Assembly: GCA_951406725.2 (NCBI GenBank)
Contig: OX597822.1
Span: forward strand, 20,832,001-20,896,000
Length of the DNA stretch: 64,000 nt
Direction: 5' to 3'
Source: Octopus vulgaris
Lineage: Eukaryota
In this document: piece by piece, positions 41,358-55,243 of the stretch
Position numbering within the stretch: position 1 is the first letter of the stretch
How the letters are laid out: each line of letters opens with the position of its first letter
Notes under the pieces: generated by a model
Told to the model about the DNA's origin: nothing
The model's input: only the letters and a program-made list of their open reading frames with translations
Databases searched by the model: none
Made by a program: the position numbers and the translations under genes

Positions 41358-44350
41358 GTACATACATATTAACTGCTGGTAGCGACACTGTACTTTATTT
41401 TGCAGACTTACTATAGAATTTGCAGTCGTATATGAATACGTCTGTCTAACCAATGCAACTGAAGATATAAAAATATGTAATGGGTGTATATGAATGTTTC
41501 AGGAGTTATTGCTCCATCTTCAGTATCAGATCCAACCCATTAATTGTCTATGAATACATAACTGTTTTCCTGTCTTTGATTGCATTGTTTACACAGATGT
41601 ATTTATATATAAAATGTCCTAACTTTCAGTGCTGGCTCTGAATTCTATAGAACATCTGTAGAAACAAACTTAAAAAATGAAAAAAATGCACTGTTAACAC
41701 AAAGTAGGACACAATATTGACTCATAAACCTTTAATGTACTTGGTAGTATATTATGGTTGCAAAAAAGAAACACAGTGTCCCTAACAGCAATTAACAAAT
41801 AAGTTTGAAGTATTTGAAAGTTCTAAAGATCCAATGTCTGCAAGACAAGACTGATTCTGAGTGCCATTTATGTCATTAGAGGTTGGAAAATAGAATTTCT
41901 TGTGATTCCAGAGATGCAAAGCTGATACTCAGCTGCTTACACATTAATTCCAATGAAAGACTAGTTCATTTACTTGAAAATACTCATTGAAATATCAATG
42001 GATCTTCCATCATCAGTTAATGACAACATTTTTAGCAGTAAGAATTTATATCACTTTGCATTAATATAATTTAAGATAACATAGTTTTCTTTTGTAAAGA
42101 TTAGTTATTGAAGTGGAGAGGATTTTGGTTAATTTGTTTACACCATTTAATACTTGTGCTTTAACAGAATTAATGAATATATCAATGTTTTTAACTTTTT
42201 AATCTTGTTCTGATTTTGTTTTTGTTTTTTTGAAAAGGAGTGATGTCATTTCAGGATTTGATATTTCTAATTACAAAGAGGATACTACTTTTTAATGGTT
42301 CTCATAATTTTTTTTGCTGTATCTTCAACTATCTTCAAACAAGTTTCACATTGAAGTAAATTTTCTGCCTGTCCATCATCGTTTAATGTCTGCTTTCCAT
42401 GCTAGCATGGGTTGGACGATTTGACTGAGGGCTGGTGAACCAGATGGCTGCACCATGCTCCAATCTTGATCTGGCAGAGTTTCTACAGCTGGATGCCCTT
42501 CCTAACGCCAACCACTCCGAGAGTGTAATGGGTGCTTTTACATGCCACCGGCACGGGAGACAGTCAGGTGGTACTGGCAATGACCGCGCTTGAATCTTTT
42601 TACACATGCCACCGGCACAGGTGCCAGTAAGGCGATGCTGGTAACGATGACACTCAAATGGTGCCTTTCATGTGCCACCAGCATGGAAGCCAGTTAGCCG
42701 CTCTGGCAATGATCATGCTCGGATGGTGCTCTTAGTATCCTACTAGTACAGGGCTCAAGTGCCAGTAAGGCGACGCTGGTAATGATCACACTTGAATGGT
42801 GCCTTTTATGTGCCACTGGCAAGGAAGCCGGTTAGCCAAGTGTACAAATTTAGTTACTAGTGCTTGAGTTATTTTTGTACAGTTTTCTTAAAGTGGGGGA
42901 AGTGCTTGTTTAATACAATAACACAAAAGAGTATTTTGTTTTGAATTTGGTTTACAAGATTGTTAATGCAGGCTCTTGTGTTGAAACACATTTTGTTGCA
43001 TCTTTAGAGGGTCCTTACACCAATGATAAACACATGCACAGGTTCAAATTCAATTCTTTACTATTATTTGTCAATTAGTTATTTAACCAACAAAAGAAGT
43101 GAAATTGAACCAGTGTGTGTGTTTATTATTAGCATAGTGATCCTCTCAAAGTGCAGCATAAAAGTAATAAAATTAAAAACTTATCTTAACAGTAACACTC
43201 ATAATAATATCTAACACACCATCTCTATACCAACTCTTAAAATATTCTATAAAATCCCTGAAAACAAATACAAACAAGAGATTAACAATATAAAATGCTA
43301 ATGAGAATAAAAGATTTATATGAGAATTGTAAGAACTGTAAAGAAAGCAAGATTAGAATTTAATACAAGGCTAACCAGCTTTAAATCAGAAATCACAATA
43401 GTGTAATTTTACCAAAACATAACCTCACCTTATTTGAAAATTCAATTAAATTTTGATATTCTCAATATAAATATAAAAAGAAGTGACAAAATGAGTAATG
43501 TCTAAAATCTACTCTCTTGAAGGCAAAGATTACTGAGAACAACTGAAAGAGCTATAGAATGAAGAATGTTTTATTCTGTATATGTGAAGAAAGCCCCAAA
43601 TTTGACAAAAGTCCCCCACCCCCATCTCACCCACAATATTATAAAATGACAAGCAAAATAGAAAAAATGAAATATCTTTCTGCTGAATACCAACTGCACA
43701 GAAAAATACCCTGTGAGCAATTACATTCCGAATCAAAGGTTCAAAGCTCTTAATAAATTGGTTTCAAATTTTGGCACAAAACCAGTAATTTCAGGGGAGG
43801 GTAAGTTGATTTCATTGACCCCAGTGCACAGCTGGTACTTATTGCTCCTGAAAGAATAAAAGGCAAAGTTGACCTTGGCAGAATTTGAACTCAGAACATA
43901 AAGACAGACAAAATGCCCCCTAAACTTTTTGCCTGATGTGTCATTGATTCTGCTAGCTCACCACCCTAAATTGTTTAAATATATTGCCACAGGAATATAT
44001 TTAACGTTCCTTTCAATAATGCATTCAAAGTGAGATTTCACAAATACTACAAAATGATTCTAGATTTATCTCTGTTGATGTTCATGCATAATTCTGACCT
44101 CAAAACTTTAAATCATTCTTAAAGATGATTCCAAAATATAGAAAAGGCTTCAGTGAGTCTGAGCCTTTAGAAGATTCTAAGAGAAAGTAGAAATTCCAGA
44201 GGGTTTTACTGAGCAGTGCAACACACATATTTGTCGTATTGTTAAATTTGTTGCCATCATGATAACAATCATTGTTGATGTTGTTGTGGCTGCTAGTGTT
44301 GTCGGCTTTTGTGTCGTTTGTGTTGGTGTCACAGTTGGTAGATGAGAATT

Positions 44351-44417
44351 CCTCCTCCTCCTCCTCATCATCATCATCATTATCATCATCATCATCACCA
44401 CCACCATCATCACCACC

Positions 44418-44492
<75 letters not shown>
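44351..44492. repeat. Compound trinucleotide microsatellite (CCT)(CAT)(CAC)(CAG)
   Basis: Read directly from the sequence; produces the poly-H/Q/S/M ORF artefacts. Confidence 0.95.
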
Positions 44493-44494
<2 letters not shown>

Positions 44495-45139
44495 TATGTC
44501 TTTTCAGTTTATTGTATGTTCTTAGCTACTGAAATAGGAAAAAGACTTATCAACGAGCCTAGAGGGCATGGTAATGATAATCCTTTCTACTTTAGGCACA
44601 AGGCCTGAAATTTTGGAGTAGGGGGCCAGTCGATTAGATGACCTCAGTATACAACTGGTACTTAATTTATCGACCCCAAAAGGATGAAAGGCAAAGCTGA
44701 CCTCGGTGGAATTTGGACTCAGAACGTAAGGACAGATGAAATACCACTAAGCATTTCACCTGGCATGCTAACAGTTCTGCCAGCCTGCCACCTTAACATG
44801 GTGATGATAATGATGGTTGTAAAGCTAGATGGGATGATAATAATAACTGTAATAATTACAGACAAGAATATTATGGATAAGAATATTAGCATACATATGA
44901 CAAAAATAATATGGAAAACAAATATAATTTCTATGTTAGTAACAAAGTTAGTTTCTTGTTAAAGAAGTGGATATGGCTGATTGAATTGACTGGTAAATTA
45001 CTGTAAATTACTGGTAAATTACTGTAAATTACTGGTAAATCTTAAGGGAGGAAAAAATTTGGTTTGAATGTAGAAATATGATTTATGAAACTAGGTTTTA
45101 TAACCCATTTATGATATATTGGTATTGTTTATATTGTTT

Positions 45140-45373
45140 AAAGGTGGCGAACTGGCAGAAACATTAGCACGCCGGGCGAAATGCGTAGCCGTATTTCGTC
45201 TGCCGTTACGTCCTGAGTTCAAATTCCGCCGAGGTCGAATTTACCTTTCATCCTTTTGGGGTTGATAAATTAAGTACCAGTTACGCACTGGGATTGATGT
45301 AATCAACTTAATCTGTTTGTCTGCCCTTGTTTGTCCCCTCTGTGTTTAGCCCCTTGTGGGTAGTAAAGAAATA
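45140..45373 (+). mobile_element. Young SINE copy (same family as 41124) with 13-bp TSD
   Basis: CpG-rich copy; GGTATTGTTTATA at 45121-45133 and 45374-45386. Confidence 0.88.
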
Positions 45374-45394
45374 GGTATTGTTTATACATCAAAT

Positions 45395-46083
45395 CATCAT
45401 CATCATCATCATCATTGTTTAATGTCTGCTTTCCATGCTAGCATGGGTTGGATGATTTGACTGAGGACTGGCGAACCAGATGGCTGCACCAAGCACTAAT
45501 CTGATCTGACAGAGTTTCTACAGCTGGATGCCCTTCCTAACACCAACCACTCCAAGAGTGAAGTGGGTGCTTTTATGTGTCACCGGTATGTGAGCCAGTC
45601 AGGTGGTACTGGCAACGGCCATGCTCAAATGGTGTTTTTTACGTGCCACCTGCACAGGAGCCAGTCCAGCGGCACTGGCAACGACCTTGCTCAAATGTTT
45701 TTTCACATGCCACCAGCACAAGTGCCAGTAAGGTAACACTGTAACTATCACACTCGAAGAGTACTTTTTACGTGCCACCAGCATGGAAGCCAGTCAGCTG
45801 CTCTGGCAATGATCACACTCGGATGGTGCTCTTAGCTTTCCGCTGGCACAATTACCAGTCATCGAATTTGATTTGATTTCAGTTTCACGTGCGTCAACAG
45901 GTCTTTGCAAGCAGAGTTTAGTGTCCAGTGAAGGAAAGGTATGCATAAGTGGGCTGGTTACACCCATGGCAAGGACACAGGTTATGGTCTCACTTGGCTT
46001 GCCAGGTCTTCTCATGCACTGCATATTTCCAAAGGTCTTGATCACTAGTCATTGCCTTGGTGAGGCCTAATGTTCGAAGATCG

Positions 46084-46085
<2 letters not shown>
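45395..46085 (-). mobile_element. RTE-clade LINE 3' end
   Basis: DLRTLGLTKAMTSDQDLWKYAVHEKTWQAK*, then a 3'UTR with GTGGCAC subrepeats and a (GAT)n tail. Confidence 0.85.
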
Positions 46086-46129
<44 letters not shown>

Positions 46130-46329
46130 CTTATGGATTCGAAAACTGAGTTGCTGATTTTGATGCATTTGGTATCAAAAGATTCAGTAATCTTTCAGCT
46201 ATCAAATAATGGTGGTAGTTTGCAGCTTCTAAGTTCAGATGCAAAGAAAGAAGATATTATAACAGCAGTAGAAGAGTCAGAAAGAGGAAATAGGATAACT
46301 GTAACCAAGAGGATGTAATATTACAATGA

Positions 46330-46560
46330 ATAAATGTTTGTCAGTTGGCATGATTCACTTCTTTTTGATCTTTCCTATGATGTTTTAGTGTGTTCTAGAA
46401 ACACAGCCCCATATATGTGAGCAAAACCCTACCATATGGACCAACTGAATATTATGCGGGATGTGAATTGTTGAGATATTTTCTAGACCTGGAAGAAGCT
46501 AATAATTTAAGAAGTACTTTTGTTAAGATAAAAATGCAAAATCTCCATGGAAGTGCATCA
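46330..46560 (-). mobile_element. Very old CR1/L2-type RT C-terminal remnant
   Basis: RSRKYL..MVGFCSHIWG (cf. MEYCSHIWG). Confidence 0.4.
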
Positions 46561-46579
46561 GAGTTTGCAAGTTTATATT

Positions 46580-49500
46580 TATTGTGAGTGTTCTCATATG
46601 TTAGAATCTTATAATGAAACTTAATTCTTTAACATGAGTTATGATTGAAATGTTACCAATTTCTAGTGCATGACTGACCACATCCCATACCTACAATATT
46701 TCTATTCAGAACACCAATGCTTCATTTACTTGACCCCTTAAATTCTAACATGCTACAACACACAGTGAAAGGTGAGAAGTACCTTGTATACATGATATAT
46801 TACTTTCAGCTGAAAACAAGTACTCCTGACATGCTTTCAAAATCTATAAGATACGCATCTAAAGAAAATGTCAGAATATGAAAAATAATGTTACCTATTT
46901 TAACATGAAAAATTATTATATATTAATGGTGTTGTTTTAATACTGGGGCATTTAGCAGTACTTCTGTAAGATGTGTGACCTATTGAAAATTGCTTATTTT
47001 ATAAACCATGTCATGATGAAAGGCAAAGATAACCTTAGAGTATGGCATTAAAACTATGAAGCATTGATCTCATCCCTCCCTCTCCTCTTTCTGCTCACTC
47101 CCCTTCTTTCTTCTCCTCTTCCTCACCCTTCTTCCTCCTTATCATTGCTATATTCATCCGTGTCGATGTCATGATGATGATGCATGCATCATTTAGCATG
47201 TTTCCTATGCTGGCATGGGTTGGACAGTTCAACATGATCCAGTCAGTCAGAGAACTACTCCAATATCTGCTTTGGCATGGTTTCTATTCCTAACACCAAC
47301 CTGTTCACTGCTGGAGCATCAGTGAGTTTCCCATGTAACTCACAAGACTAAAAAAACCACTCAAATATGCAGGAGTATAATACAGAGAGAAAGGCAACTC
47401 TATCCTAACATTGGTGAGCAGACTCCTGATGATGATAATGCACTGGAACCCTGATTAAGCAAAGTCCTAAGTTCAGATGATATTGCTTTTTAATGTTGAA
47501 TTTCTAAACCCAGTACAAAACTACTGCTTTCTTCAGTTAACCTGGTTGAACATAAAGCTGATTTGGTTCCTGCTTGAATGATTGAACAGTTGAAGAGAAC
47601 CCAAATGTGAAATTCATCTCACCTATACCAGCATGGGAAACTGGAATTAAAACGGGGAAGTGAAAAACTTTCAACATATTTCCTTCTCGATAAGGTTGGT
47701 TTCTACTTATTGACTATGAAAAATAATAGATTAGTAAGGTGGTTACAGTTGGTTGAACTCTTAAAGTCTGATTCCAAAGTTAAAAAATGTATGCTACAGC
47801 TCAGTTCTAGCTGAAACCATGTTTCATTGACAGCTGTAGTTTCTCTTTCTATTGGGTTAGTCAGAATAAAAAGAGCGGGGCTCAAGATATTATTTAGGGT
47901 ATCAGAGACTGATGGAAGGAAGGAAGAAAAGTCTCCTCAGATCTGAGACTTAACCAGAATACTTGTAACAGAGTGGACTCTGCTAAAGGCACCCAAGTGT
48001 TAGAGGTAGGTTGTTAAGATGTGTGTGTGTGTGTGTGTGGTGGGTATAGGAACAGGAACAGTCCCTGCAACAGTTTTCACACAGTTCCCATTCACCAAAT
48101 TTCAATCATTGTTGGTTGATCCAAGGCTAAGGTAGAAAAACTTGTCTTAAGTATTGTATACTGAGATTGAACTCAAAACCGTGTAATTATAATGGTAACT
48201 TCTTAACCATGCATCCATGATTGCATCCATTATTTCTTACACAGTTACAATAGCATATTTACAGGGAAAAGGAAATGTTATCATGTGATACACAAAAAGA
48301 TGGTGGATTGGCAGATTTTCTAGAGTGTTTGCCTAAGTGCTTTGTAGTATTTCTTTTGGTTTTTAAATTTTGAGTTCATTTCCTGCCAAGGTCAACTTTA
48401 CCTTTCATCCTGATAGAATAAAGTACTGGTCAAGTATTGGGGCAATATAAATGACTAACCTCTCATCCAAAACTGCATGCTTTGTGCCTATGCTAGGAAC
48501 ATTTATATAATATATAAATGCCTTTCATAAAAATGTGATGTAAGACAATTGAAATTATTCTCACTGAGAATCAGAATAAAGTTTCAGGAACCCAGCTTAT
48601 TATTATTTTTATTCAACATGCTGCTCATTCTTAGATTTTTTGTTCACTATCTTAGTTTTTCCTTTTCTAATATAATTTGTTTCCTTTTAAGCATGTCATA
48701 AAGAAATATGCACTTCAATACTTTAGCTTTTAACACTAATAAATCCTTTGTTCTACTTTGTCTTTCATAGTCTTATAATTTTTGCTCTTTGTTTTCCATT
48801 TGTGTGTTTCAAACCCATTATTCTATGCCAATATGGATGAGATATATATATTCTGCAAATTTGTGTATTTGCATATTGTTGGGGAGAGTATATTTATAGA
48901 TACATTATTCTGCTTTTCCATGGAATGGATATGGCTCTTATATTTTAGCTAAACTGAATAACATACCTAATGGTGTTCCTAAACTAGTGGAACAATGCAG
49001 GCTAGGCTATAATAAAATTTGGTCTCAAGATCTTATGATTAGCATTAAACTATCTTAGCCACAATATTGTGTGTGTGTGTGGGTCTAGTACGGATTGAAT
49101 ATTTTTCTCTGAATTTTATGGTAATCTATTATACATTGATCATACAAGCATGACCTACTTTAAAATTCACCTTGAACTGTTAACATCATAAATAAAATAT
49201 GAAATTTTATCAAAATGTTCTATTGAATTAGAAAATTGTATGAAAGAACTTAGCATTATTACTTGGTTCATAGAGAATGAATTAAGCAAGTGAGGTAATG
49301 AGCTTTCAGCATGAGGCATAATAAATTTACAAAGTGTTAAAAAATTAACAGCCTTATAACTATCCTCCAAAATTGTTTTGACAAGGCTTAAGTGTGCAGG
49401 AAAAGAGATTGGTTTTAAAATACTTTCACCATTAATAATAGAAAGAACACTGGGGTAATCTTGTGGAAGATAGCTCAAACTCACCAAAGGGGATTTAAAA

Positions 49501-49671
49501 ATTTTTCTCGAATAACATATCAGGTGGTCGAACAGGTTAGTTTATACACTTGATTTCCAATGTCTTCTTCACGTTCTAGTTTGACCTCTGCTAAAAATAA
49601 ATCTGCACAAGATGTTTCTTCTAGAAATGAATCTAAAGATACAGTCCACTGTAACACTGCTGCTGCTGCTG

Positions 49672-49719
<48 letters not shown>

Positions 49720-49872
49720 GTGATAATTATAATACTTTCTACAATAAGTAGAAGGCCTGATAATTTTCAGGGAAGGTAGTCTGGTTGATTACATGGACTA
49801 CAGTGGTCATCTGGTACTTATTTTATTGACCCCAAAAAGGTTGAAAAGCATTTGAATGTATGGCCAAATGAA

Positions 49873-49921
<49 letters not shown>

Positions 49922-49922
49922 T

Positions 49923-49953
<31 letters not shown>

Positions 49954-51001
49954 TAACTAATAATAATGATGATGTTCATCTGTTGTTGACAAGACATCAT
50001 ATGGGAGAAGAAGATGGGTCATGGTGTATCCAGCTGTAGCTGATCAGTCCAATGCACACTTGGAAGGCTCAGCCGCAAATCTGGCACTGGTGGTCTGCTA
50101 GGAATAAAGGCAAGGAGTTGGCTCCAGACTTTCACAGTTCATCTTTATTTTTGTGCTTTTGCAATCTTGTTCTGCATGTAGGAGGCAGCACCTCTGTTGG
50201 TGTTGCTTTGCCAGAAGACATGATGGTCCTGTGCTTGCATTTCCTTGGTGTTAAGGTTGACCTCAAAGTACTTCAGTGCGGTTTTGAGTGTGAATGTGTG
50301 TGTGTGTTGTCCTTGAACACACACACACATACACACACCCACACACACATATGCAAGCATGGAATAGTGGACATTAAAATGATGATGATTATAATATGTA
50401 TGTATGCGTGTAATATGTATATGTGGGGGAGGGAGGAAGGTGTATGTGTGGGTGGATGGGTGCATGAATATTGTTTCATGTGTCCTCATTTGTGTGAGTG
50501 AAAATCTCGTTGTCTTTGTTTACAGTCCCTGCAAGGCAGAGTTTTGGCTTTTAGTGCTTTAGGACAAGTGGAATCCAAAAAGACATATTTTACTTCATGA
50601 AAAAGTATAAGTTGGTGATAGGGAGGACATCCTGAACAAGTTTCATTTACTTGATGCTAACATGATAAGAATAGACATGAAGCTGAATGAACGAATGAAA
50701 TGATTCACAGTCATTTCAAATATTAGTACAAAATTCTACTTTTCACTTAGTAAGCTCTAAGCATTTTCATCAGCATACTAAGAAAATATCTTGTACCCTG
50801 GGACATATTCTACAATAATGTTGATAACATTTTTACTGATATGTCTCAACTCAATATTGAATCTATTAAAGCTACCGTGAGTAAAATATAAACATGATGA
50901 ATGGATATAATTTACTCTTCTTTCAATTAAAGTCGCAAGCCAATCATGCATCGGAGGAATTCCTTTGCAAATAATGTTGTTTCCTTTGTGGGTGCACTGC
51001 T
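46580..51001 (-). pseudogene. Endogenous bunyavirus-like L (RdRp) gene, copy A, N-terminal part (endonuclease + linker); fragmented
   Basis: Minus-strand pieces vs recalled LACV L: 50951-50703 ATG..YFTHGSFNRFNIELRHISKNVINIIVEYVP..LIFEMTV (YFGRELCKSLNIEYRNDVPFIDIILDIRP..IIDYKV); 49632-49167 YPSV..ISFPAHLSLVKTILEDSYKAVNFL..FIQFSNSI..SSR* (YPTI..INFNQFFDLKQLLYEKFGDDEEFL..YKEFKMSM..SERW); 47885-47703 VNETW..SIHFLTLESDFKSSTNCNHLTNLL (ISEGW..SIHFIWGAHNPGNSNNATFKLILL); ~46735-46660 VNEALVF* / NIVGMG (INNALVLW / NFCGIG). Pieces are separated by SINE, RTE and microsatellite insertions. Confidence 0.75.
49960..50290 (-). mobile_element. RTE-BovB LINE 3' fragment
   Basis: LKTALKYFEVN..AQD..W..GAASY..HQCQICG*AFQVCIGLISYSWIH. 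Confidence 0.75.
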
Positions 51002-53513
51002 GAAATTTTGAGTTTCCTGTAACTGAATTGATAAACCAAGGTCAGTTCTTGCTTGGAACCATTCCTTTTTGGCTCATTAATATCTTTTGAAAAGAATGAA
51101 TTGAAATATGAATTACAACTTCCTATTTCTTTACCTTTATAAATCTCGGTCTTTGTGTCTATACTGAAATTAATATATACTTTCCATTCTTAGATATAAA
51201 TTCCAGTGGTTTGAATTGGGTGGAGGTGATATCTAATTTGCCATTAGGTACAGCATAACAACTGGAGATATGTTTCTTTCCTAAAAGCATAGTACAAACT
51301 GTGTAGCAGAATCTGATTTTTTTTTCCTCATACCAGTTGAATATGAATTTAGTTCTTCTTAGCCATTTGTCAATGAAGACAATTCAAGTAAAAGGAAGAT
51401 TGACAAAAATTTGACAATGAACCAGTTATAAATAGAAATAAAAAAAAGTGTTTTTGAGAGGACAAGGAAGAACAATGATTGTATCAAAGTCATTGGTGAA
51501 AGCTGGTGCCATTTGGAAGAAAGGGTTAATAAATGCATATAAAATCAGATATGATATTAATGGAATCTATAGTAGCATTAAACATGTCTCTGAAAATATT
51601 CCTTTATTTCTTTTTTTTGTAATGTGACATTATATAGAAAATGATGAATCCATGCCTGTTATGGGATCAATAAGTGGTGCCTGTTTTGGTGATGGCTAAA
51701 GATAGTTTTCTTTCAGTGTATATTCAACTATCAATCTTGTTATTGCTGTTATTGTTGTTGCTGTTAATATTGCTGCTGTTGTTGTCAGAGTTGCCATTAT
51801 TCCTATAATTTCTTTTTCTGAAATAAAATTCATCCAAAAATTCCAGAATGATGCAATTGATAGTTCTATGTGAAAAAAAAAGACAAAAATAATAAAAGGA
51901 AATAAACCCAAAGAATAATAGTGATCAAATTAGTATGCTGAGAAGCTATTCAATTGTTGTACTCTTCTCTTTCAGCTTTAACCTGTTAAGCTAATCTGAT
52001 TATCACAGTTTAAAAGCTAATATTATGAAAATGAAGCAGCAATAGTAGTTCTAGTAGCTGTTGAAAAAGTGTATTGAGAAATTTTTGAACAAAAGAAACA
52101 AATAACAAAAGCACAATGGCAAAAGCACTCCAAACTGAAATAGATACTACTTTTCAATGTTCAGTTTTGGGGAACAGTAGGCAAACCCTAGTACATTATG
52201 AATACCAATTAATTTTATAACAGAAGATATTTGGGGTAAATGATATTGCTTTGATTTTGATTAGTTCCAATAGCGTTGGTCTCAGTATCATAAGTTCTTG
52301 ATGGCATTACTTGAACCAGATGGTGCATTCTGTTCTTTAGTAAGGGTCTGCATTTTGCATTGCTCCAGTCTGCTCAGTCAAAATTAAGTACTAGTCCAAT
52401 GATGATAGACCCCTCTCCCTCTGCCTGTCACATCCTGGATATTCCACTGAGTCAAGAGTGGGAGGCCTGAGAGGGTGTTTATAGCTGCTAGGCACCTAAA
52501 ATACTTAGTAAAAGTATGGTACTTGCTACTAAATCATACTTGCTTGTAAGTGATGTCTAGGCTTGCTTCTTTTTTTTTTTTAATAGAAAAAAGGCATGCA
52601 GAAGAAAATTTGACTAACATAACAATACAACCAGCAAATTTAGAATTGTAAAGGTTGATTATATGATGAGGAAAGGAAAAATGACAGAATTGAGGACATC
52701 AAAGCAGCAGGAAAGTAGGGTTAAGAAGGCTTTTTTGAGAAATAATTTCATCCTACTATCTCTAAATGTTGTTCTTGGATAGAACTACAATCAACTCAAA
52801 TTATCTGGCTTCAGGGTTGGCTGTCTGATAATATCAAAGGTGAAGGAAATTACCTCAGGATAGCATTCTTCATACAAAATGCAAATAAGGTAAAGTCTCA
52901 CATATGTAGTGATTTGAAAACCTTTAACTAGATGAGATTATCCATGGTATTATTTGACATTAACTCTATATAAAAGTGCATAAAATATTAAGCTAACAAG
53001 GGAGATAACTTCAGTTAATTGAAATTCTTTGAAGGAAAACCCGGTCTCGAAATACGTCTGGTAAAAGCAAAAAATATGTCAGTTTTACTAGGTCTACTCA
53101 GTGAAGTCTGTTGTGTTCGATCGACAAAAGTAAGATCAATTAATATAAAGAGCAGCAATATTGATTATAAATTGGCTGAGGGAAACTGTTTCAGGGATGC
53201 TAAATACAAATGCAATTGTGACTCATATGTGTAATATTAAGTGCTAAAAAATTTAGAACGACTGAGATTATCATTGCAATTAGTTAACAAAACCATCCTC
53301 AAGAGTTGTATACAGTTCTAAAAATGGCAAGCAAAATAACTTCAGAAAGATCAATTAAATGAAACTTTTAAAGAACTGTAGAAAATGCAAAAAGTGAGTG
53401 GATTTGAGCTTGAAATTTCTCTGGAGGTAGTTTCTTAAATATTACTTATGAGATGTCTGGTGCTGTTGATTATAGATCGCTCAACTGACATCTATCATCA
53501 TACAAATTCTTGC

Positions 53514-53551
<38 letters not shown>

Positions 53552-55243
53552 TGATGATGATGATTTAAAACAGAAATGAAAAAAAAAATAAATGGATCCA
53601 GTGTTATTTATGTCAGGCAACAAAAGTTCAAGAGTGCAGAAACATTTCAATATAAATGGCAAGATTTCAATTCCAGCACTTTGGCCAGTCATTCCATCAC
53701 TTCATGGAAAAGAAAAAGAAATCGCTCTGTACTATGCAGTACTTGTCTTTTACAGATATGCAATGTAGTTCTTTTCCCATTAGGAACAATTGCAGTATCT
53801 CATTGCTTTAAATGAATACATAATAAGTAATATCATCTCTTTTTCATAATGTCAAGCTGTGATGACAACAAGACCAACAAGGAAATCAATATTTTGTATC
53901 CATTATGCCGCAGTTGGAAAATTTGAATATCTAAATACGTAATATCTCAAATTCTTTAACATTACTCCAATGCATATGAACAGTGAATTCCAATAGCGAA
54001 ATAATGAGGCAGCTCTCTAAAGGCTGTAATAATGTTTTAACATTTGTTGAAATGGATGGTTAATATGGATATTGCATTAAAATATTTTTTAAAAACTTTT
54101 ACAATTGCTTTTCCTTGTTAATACATGTTGGATGATTCTGAAACAGCATGAGATATTAAGTATAGAAAAAATAAACTTATATTTAATGATCCTTCAGTAA
54201 TCCTTAATAATTAAAAATGCCAGCATAATGAATCAATTTCCCTATATTGGTAACTGTATGCCTCAGTACTTATTAAATGATCATTAGTTTTAATTATGTG
54301 ATTGGATTCAACATAATATTAACAAATATGTTTTCTCTCAGTATTGCAACATGCATTAAAAAAAGCAGAGCATTTATTAGTGCCTTACCTCATCAAACCA
54401 AAAATATTAAAATGAACTATTATTGAAGTAAACTAGCACTGCAATACCATATACAACAAAGTAATATTAAAATCTATATAAAAATGGAAAAATGGCTGGG
54501 CAAAATATCAATCGGCATTTTGTCTGTCCTTGTGTTCTGAATTCAAATTCTACCAAGGTCAGCTTTGCATTTCATCCTTTTGGGATCAACAAAATAAGTA
54601 CCAGTTAAGCACTGGGGTTGGTGTAATCGATTTAGCCCCACCCTCAAAACTGTTGGCTTTGTGCTAAGCATTTGAAACCAATATTAAAATCCATACAAAA
54701 CAGTATTGCTAGGGTCGATCTTGAAAAGTACTTTGACCTGATAATAACCCTTAGGTAATTACAACTTCCAGTTCAAATAGCTCTCTCCCTAGCAAAAATT
54801 AAATTGTCTAGTAGCTCTTATCTGAACTAATTGTCATTAAGATAATGATCTTTCTCATCAGCACAGGTGTTATTTAAATTTATAGAAATATCTTGACTCA
54901 CTAAATCAAGTATGTTAGCATCTTTATTACTATTAGGTTTTCATACTGCACAGATAGCCCTGCATATTTTTTCTCCAACCATCATAAACCATCACACCAC
55001 TCATTGTTTTCTTGTTAAAGCTCTACATATACTTCTCTCTAGTCAGTCTAAGGTTTTTTCAGTTATAGTTAGACAATGCTTTACTACTGAGCCCTAATAA
55101 GACCACAACATGTCTGGGATTGTCACTACGTTGCCAATAAACAAAGCCAAGCCCTCCACATTACATTCTTCTTTTAATTGACTTAAATTCCAGGGTTGTA
55201 TCCCCTACTATTTTTCCATTCATTAGAGGAGGAATTTTGATTA

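Larger units (their letters stand above)
39400..44265 (-). pseudogene. Endogenous bunyavirus-like L gene, copy A, PA-C-like region and decayed RdRp core
   Basis: ~44005 KER; ~42030-42000 KMLSLTDDGR (recalled KSVLSLTEPAR); ~41520 ILKME; ~41450 RQTYS..RYQQL; ~40860-40820 KKFRSIIFPN*** (motif F relic); 39911-39846 LDFIANCL*SYNFGLTDILWFD (LYFMCNYMDKELILPDELLFN); 39732-39694 WF*EIHLF*TSFH (motif B relic); 39612-39604 C-N-D in IHFCND (SDD relic); N-C-S-*-S and KLQTYFYL at roughly motif D/E spacing. No catalytic motif is intact, so support comes from order and spacing. Confidence 0.6.

Noticed and set aside
44177-44608. Poly-His/Gln/Ser/Met ORFs
   Set aside because: A compound trinucleotide repeat next to a SINE, with no flanking coding signal.
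47460-47490. Plus-strand VLSSDDIAF as an RdRp motif C
   Set aside because: No motif B upstream or motif E downstream at the right spacing; it is the antisense shadow of a minus-strand coding relic.
49485-49632. Exon with an in-frame TGA (selenocysteine or A-to-I stop recoding)
   Set aside because: Better explained by a frameshift in the decayed viral L frame, which continues in another frame; no SECIS or editing evidence.
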